64,000 bases of DNA from Candidatus Latescibacterota bacterium (GTDB lineage Bacteria > Latescibacterota > UBA2968 > UBA8231). The translations under genes and the position numbers were made by a program. The stretch is taken from positions 5,216,001-5,280,000 of the forward strand of contig OZ242214.1 in the NCBI GenBank assembly GCA_965206595.1, in the 5' to 3' direction. The notes beneath the pieces are model-generated. The model did not search any database and was not told the DNA's origin. It saw only the letters and a program-made list of their open reading frames with translations. This document shows, in pieces, positions 59,317-64,000 of the stretch (its first letter is position 1; each line of letters begins with the position of its first letter).

Positions 59317-59970
59317 ATGCACATAGAAAACCACCGGCTCCGGGGTGACGGAGTGGAGTTCACCGAATCGCCGAACATCGGCGACCCCTTCGCGCCGGGC
59401 TACCCCGACACCATCGTCATACACTACACCGCCTGCCCCGACGCGTGTGCCGCCATCGCGACCCTGACCGATCCGGAGCGGCAGGTCTCCGCCCACCTCG
59501 TGGTCGCTCGGGACGGGGCCGTCGCGCAGCTGGTTCCGTTCGATACGGTCGCCTGGCACGCCGGGGTCAGCGCGTGGAGAGGGCGGACCTCCCTCAACCG
59601 GTTTTCGCTCGGAATCGAGGTCGACAACGCCGGGCGTCTCGAAGCGAGGGACGGCATGTATCTCACCAGGTTCGGAGGCAGCTGTCCTGCCGCGGAGACG
59701 GTGCGCGCCGTGCACCGCAACGAAACCGAGGCGGGGTACTGGCACGCCTATCCCGACCGGCAGCTCGACGTCGTCGAACAGCTTTGCCGTTTGCTGATAG
59801 CGGAGTACGGAATCGTCGAAATCGTCGGCCACGAGGAGATCGCGCCGGACCGCAAAATCGATCCGGGCCCCGCCTTTCCCCTCGACGAGATGAGGTGGCG
59901 GCTTCTGGGCGGGACTGGGCCCGATGGACTGGCGAATCGCAGCGGAGCGGCTTCTCGTGCGGCCTCGTAA
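59317..59970 (+). CDS. N-acetylmuramoyl-L-alanine amidase (Amidase_2, AmpD-like)
   Basis: IVIHYTA, VSAH, AWHAGVS, SLGIEVDN, VGHEEI, RKIDPG. Confidence 0.92.
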   Translation: MHIENHRLRGDGVEFTESPNIGDPFAPGYPDTIVIHYTACPDACAAIATLTDPERQVSAHLVVARDGAVAQLVPFDTVAWHAGVSAWRGRTSLNRFSLGIEVDNAGRLEARDGMYLTRFGGSCPAAETVRAVHRNETEAGYWHAYPDRQLDVVEQLCRLLIAEYGIVEIVGHEEIAPDRKIDPGPAFPLDEMRWRLLGGTGPDGLANRSGAASRAAS

Positions 59971-60015
59971 CCACGGAAAGCCGCAAGGAAAATCACAGAA
60001 AAGAGAGGCAGACGG

Positions 60016-61164
60016 ATGAAGATCACCGCGATCAAGCCGGTCCTCGTCAGCGAAGGGGGGCACAACTACTCCTTCGTCAAGGTGGAAACCGACGAGGGCA
60101 TCTACGGTCTCGGCGAGGCCGGCGTCGGCCGCCGCGTCACCGCCGTGGCCGCGGTGTGGAAGTCGTTCGAGCGCGACCTCGCCGGAGCCGATCCGTTCCG
60201 CATCGAGCACCTCTGGCAGGTGATGTTTCGCGGCGGCTTCTTCCCGGGAGGGGTGGTGCAGACCGCGGCCCTGAGCGCCGTCGACATCGCCCTCTGGGAC
60301 ATCAAGGCGAAGGCGCTGAACGTCCCTGTCTACGAGCTGCTCGGGGGCCGCGTCAGGGACAAGGTGGCCTGCTATCCCCACGTAGTCGGAGCCGACACCG
60401 ACAGCCTCGTGGCCGGCTGCCGGGCGCGTGCCGAAGCGGGGTGGAAGTTCGTGCGCTTCTCCGTCGACGATGTCGAGGGAAGAGAGCGGCTGTTCGAGCC
60501 GGGGCGCGCGCTGCGCCGGACCGTCGAAGGGGTGCGCGCCGTCCGCGAGGAGCTGGGAGAGGAGATCGAGATCTGCGTCGACGTACACACCCGCCTCGAC
60601 CCGCCGGACGCCATCCACTTCTGCCGCCAGGTAGAGCCCTACCGCCCCTTCTTCATCGAGGATCCGCTGCGCAGCGAGAATGCCGCCAGCCTGCGCATGG
60701 TGCGCCAGCAGACCAGCGTGCCTCTGGCGATCGGCGAGCAGTTCGCCAGCAAGTGGCAGTTCCGCGAGGTCCTGGAGGAGGACCTGCTCGACTACTGCCG
60801 CCTCGACCTGTGCATCGTCGGCGGTCTCACGGAAGGCAGGAAGATCGCCGGCTGGTGCGAGACTCATTACGTCGCCCTGGCGCCGCACAATCCCCTCGGC
60901 CCGGTCTGTACCGCGGCCAGCCTGCACTTCTGCCTCGCCTCGTCGCTGGTCGGGGTGCAGGAGCTGTCGCGCGAGCCGGGGACCGTCCTCAAGGAGGTGT
61001 TCCCCGTCCAGGCCGGCTTCGCAGACGGCCACCTGCTGGTGCCCGAAGGGCCGGGGCTCGGGGTGGAAATCGACGACGCAGCCGCGGCCGCAAATCCCCA
61101 CGTCGAGGACGACGGCCGGGGCTGGGGGTACCGCCGCGTGGACGGCTCCTATTCCAACTGGTAG
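60016..61164 (+). CDS. Mandelate racemase family dehydratase (galactonate dehydratase-like)
   Basis: VKVETDEGIYGLGE, AVDIALWDIKAK, VDVHTR, FIEDP, AIGE, APHNP, QE. Confidence 0.9.
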   Translation: MKITAIKPVLVSEGGHNYSFVKVETDEGIYGLGEAGVGRRVTAVAAVWKSFERDLAGADPFRIEHLWQVMFRGGFFPGGVVQTAALSAVDIALWDIKAKALNVPVYELLGGRVRDKVACYPHVVGADTDSLVAGCRARAEAGWKFVRFSVDDVEGRERLFEPGRALRRTVEGVRAVREELGEEIEICVDVHTRLDPPDAIHFCRQVEPYRPFFIEDPLRSENAASLRMVRQQTSVPLAIGEQFASKWQFREVLEEDLLDYCRLDLCIVGGLTEGRKIAGWCETHYVALAPHNPLGPVCTAASLHFCLASSLVGVQELSREPGTVLKEVFPVQAGFADGHLLVPEGPGLGVEIDDAAAAANPHVEDDGRGWGYRRVDGSYSNW

Positions 61165-61242
61165 CGAGGGGCCGGAAGCCGGGGCGGGTTCCGATCCCCG
61201 GGGCCAGCCTGTATTTTCTCACTCTCCCACTCTGGGCACCCT

Positions 61243-63489
61243 ATGGCATTGCTGACTCTCCTCATCGCACTCGCCCTCATCCGGATACCTGACCCTGCCG
61301 GGGCCGACGGCTGGCCCCACTGGAGGGGCCCCGGCCACAACGGCGCTTCCGGCGAGACCGGTCTGGTTTCGGCGTGGTCCCAATCCGGCAGCGGCCAGCT
61401 CTGGAGCGCCGACTTCAGCGGCCGCTCGACTCCCATCCTCATGAACGGCCGCGTCTACGTCATCGGCCGGGTTGGGGAGGGGATCACCGAGCAGGAGCGC
61501 ATCGCCTGCTTCGATGCCGGTACCGGCGCCCTGCTCTGGGAAGACCGCCTCAACATCTTCCACACCACGATCCCGTTCAACCGCGTCGGCTGGGCAAGCC
61601 TCGCCGGCGATCCCGAGACCGGCAACGTCTACGCCCACGGGGTACAGGGGATCTTCAACTGCTACTCCGGCGCCGGCGAGCTGCTGTGGTCGCGGTCGCT
61701 GACCGAGGAGTTCGGCCGCATCTCCGGGTACGGGGGCCGCACCCACACTCCGTTCGTCGACGGCGACCTCGTGGTCATCTCGTTCCTCAACTCGAGCTGG
61801 GGGGACCAGGGGGTGCCCCGGCACCGGTATTTCGCCTTCGACAAGAACAGCGGCGAGGTGGTGTGGGTGTCGACTCCGGGCGGGCGGCCCCTCGACACCA
61901 CCTACTCGACCCCCGTGGCCGCCGAGATCGGCGGGCAGCGGTTGCTGATCGCCGGCAATGCCGACGGGGCCGTCTACGCCCTGCGCGTCGCCACCGGAGA
62001 GAAGGTGTGGGGCTTCCGGCTCAGCAAGCGCGGCATCAACGTCTCCGTCGTAGCCGGCGGCGACAGGGTCTACGTCTCCCACAGCGAAGAGAACGTCGAC
62101 AACACCGAAATGGGCCGTGTCGTCTGCATCGACGCCACCGGCACCGGGGACGTGACCGGCACCGGGGAAATCTGGCGCTTTGACGCCTGTCTGGCCGGCT
62201 ACGCCTCGCCGGCGCTCGGCGACGGCAGGCTGTACGTCGTCGACAACTCCGCCAACCTGCTCTGCCTCGACGCCGGCGACGGAACCCTTCTCTGGGAGCG
62301 CAACATCGGCACCGTCGGCAGGGGCTCCCCCGTGGTCGCCGCCGGCAAGGTCTACGTCACCACCGTCAACGGCAGGTTCGAGATCCTGCAGCCGGGAGAG
62401 GGGGAGTGCCTGCTCCTCGACGAAGAGCTGCTGGCCGCCGAAGGGGGACGGCCGCTCGAGATTTACGGCTCGCCGGCCGTCGCCTGGGGCTGCGTCTACT
62501 TCGCGACCGAAAACGGGCTGTTCTGCCTCGGCGATTCCTACCGCGGGCCTTGGGCCTCCGGCCCGTCCGGCTCTTCGGCAGCGTCGACGGGCGCTCCTGT
62601 TTCGGCGGATAACCAGCCGGCCTCGATTCAGCTCGAGCCCGCGGAAGTCCTGCTCGCTCCGGGAGAGTCGGCGCGCTTCAGGGTCAGCATCTTCGATGCC
62701 GCGGGCAGGCCGCTGGCGGAAGAATCCCTGCTACCGCAGGAAGTGGACTGGCAGCTCGAAGGGCTGGCCGGGGAAATCGAGGCGGAAGATGCGGCAACGG
62801 CTCTCTTCACTGCGGTCCCCGAGGTTTCGCAGACCGGCCTCATTCGCGCGAGCCTCCGTTTCGGGACCGAAGAGAGCGCGGCTCTGGCGGCACTCGTCCG
62901 CGTGCGGGTCGCCGCGGCGCGCGGCTGGAGCGAAGACTTCGAATCCCTGAGCGCTGCCGAAGGGGAGAATGCCGCTCCCTCCCACTGGATCGGGGCGGCG
63001 CGCAAGTTTTTCGTCCGCGAGCTCGACGGCAACAAGGTTCTGGCAAAACCGCTGGCCAAACGCGGTCTGCAGCGCTCCAACGTCTACCTCGGTCCGCCGC
63101 AGATGTCGGGATACACCATCCGGGCGGACATGATGGCCGCCCGGGGGAAGCGCAACCGCCCTGACATGGGGCTGATCGCCAACCGCTACACCCTCGACAT
63201 GATGGGCAACCACCAGCGCCTCCAGATCCGCTCCTGGGCGTCCGACCTGCGCATGGCGAAAACCGTCGACTTCGGGTGGGAACCGGAGGTCTGGTACACC
63301 GTCAGGATGACGGTCGACGTCGAAGCGGACAGGGCGGTCGTAAGGGGCAAAGTCTGGCGCCGCGGCGATGTCGAGCCGAAAGACTGGACGATCGAAGCGG
63401 AGGACCCGCTGCCGAACCGCAACGGCAGTCCAGGGCTCTACGGGTACTCGGCGGCCGAGATCTACTACGACAACGTCCGCGTGTGGTAG
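61243..63489 (+). CDS. Secreted PQQ-like beta-propeller repeat protein with Ig-like and C-terminal lectin-like domains
   Basis: Signal peptide, WPHWRGP, repeated W-docking motifs (YSTP, YASP, GSPV), C-terminal WYTVRM...GSPGLYG...YYDNVRV. Confidence 0.8.
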   Translation: MALLTLLIALALIRIPDPAGADGWPHWRGPGHNGASGETGLVSAWSQSGSGQLWSADFSGRSTPILMNGRVYVIGRVGEGITEQERIACFDAGTGALLWEDRLNIFHTTIPFNRVGWASLAGDPETGNVYAHGVQGIFNCYSGAGELLWSRSLTEEFGRISGYGGRTHTPFVDGDLVVISFLNSSWGDQGVPRHRYFAFDKNSGEVVWVSTPGGRPLDTTYSTPVAAEIGGQRLLIAGNADGAVYALRVATGEKVWGFRLSKRGINVSVVAGGDRVYVSHSEENVDNTEMGRVVCIDATGTGDVTGTGEIWRFDACLAGYASPALGDGRLYVVDNSANLLCLDAGDGTLLWERNIGTVGRGSPVVAAGKVYVTTVNGRFEILQPGEGECLLLDEELLAAEGGRPLEIYGSPAVAWGCVYFATENGLFCLGDSYRGPWASGPSGSSAASTGAPVSADNQPASIQLEPAEVLLAPGESARFRVSIFDAAGRPLAEESLLPQEVDWQLEGLAGEIEAEDAATALFTAVPEVSQTGLIRASLRFGTEESAALAALVRVRVAAARGWSEDFESLSAAEGENAAPSHWIGAARKFFVRELDGNKVLAKPLAKRGLQRSNVYLGPPQMSGYTIRADMMAARGKRNRPDMGLIANRYTLDMMGNHQRLQIRSWASDLRMAKTVDFGWEPEVWYTVRMTVDVEADRAVVRGKVWRRGDVEPKDWTIEAEDPLPNRNGSPGLYGYSAAEIYYDNVRVW

Positions 63490-63508
63490 CGGCACGGGGG
63501 AAACAGGA

Positions 63509-64000
63509 ATGAGAGAACTCTTTACAAATCCGCGGTTCCTCGGCGCAGTCCTGGCCGCGATGGCGGCTGCTTCGGCGGCCGCGGTTGTCCCCGCAGGGAC
63601 TACCGAAACCGCGATGTTCGGCTTCACTCCGGATCGCAACATGACGGTGGAAGCGGGTCCCCTGCCGACAGGGTGGAACCCGGAAACCGGGGAGGGGATC
63701 CTGTGGACGGCGCAGCTCGGCTCCCAGACCTACGCCGGCCCCCTGATCCACGGGGGCAAGGTGTTCGTCGGAACCAACAACCAGGCGCTGTACAATGGGA
63801 AACTCACCGGCGACCGCGGCGTCATCGCCGCCTTCGCGCTGGGAGACGGCAGCTTCCTGTGGCAGTCGACGCACACCAAGCTCCCTTCCGGGCGGGTCAA
63901 CGACTGGCCGCAGCAGGGAGTCTGCTCGACCCCGTACGCCGAGGGGGAGCGCCTTTATTACGTCTCCAACCGCTGCGAGGTCGTGGCCGCGGACACCGAG
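63509..64000 (+). CDS. Secreted PQQ-like beta-propeller protein (truncated by window end)
   Basis: ATG 63509; signal peptide, MFGFTPDRNM, LWTAQLGSQTYAGP, VFVGTNN, DWPQQGVCSTP; open to window end. Confidence 0.8.
   Translation, partial: MRELFTNPRFLGAVLAAMAAASAAAVVPAGTTETAMFGFTPDRNMTVEAGPLPTGWNPETGEGILWTAQLGSQTYAGPLIHGGKVFVGTNNQALYNGKLTGDRGVIAAFALGDGSFLWQSTHTKLPSGRVNDWPQQGVCSTPYAEGERLYYVSNRCEVVAADTE

Overview
A high-GC bacterial chromosomal window; no rRNA, tRNA or CRISPR array was recognisable. The NYPNPFN/FlgD-type C-terminal domain, expanded PhyH, Gfo/Idh/MocA and PQQ-propeller families and many toxin-antitoxin (TA) pairs suggest an FCB-group organism such as Latescibacterota or Gemmatimonadota, possibly a host-associated MAG (inference only). 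1-8 kb is housekeeping and catabolism (fumC, aspartate kinase, purM, two oxidoreductases, a Fic protein). 8-38 kb is an accessory zone in which a PotABCD-like ABC transporter is split into three pieces and interleaved with TA pairs. An ~11.5-kb defence-like island lies between the potD-like and potB-like genes. It holds a clan AA aspartic protease, an ABC/AAA ATPase coupled to a small PD-(D/E)xK-like protein, an Mrr-type endonuclease coupled to a secreted trypsin-like protease, a HEPN-like protein, a ~1500-aa sacsin-like GHKL ATPase-DUF3883 nuclease fusion, and IS256 and Fic remnants. Many genes in this zone carry +/-1 frameshifts in short homopolymers (possibly sequencing error), alongside true deletions. 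38-64 kb is mostly intact catabolic and envelope genes (PhyH enzymes, TPP enzyme, K+ channel, ATP-dependent ligase, dgcN-dgcA, cfa, amidase, enolase-family dehydratase, PQQ-like propellers). The best candidates for undescribed systems are the ATPase + PD-(D/E)xK pair and the sacsin-DUF3883 protein with its neighbours; a PhyH enzyme with a halogenase-like H-G-G motif is also notable. All assignments come from reading motifs by eye; no searches were run.
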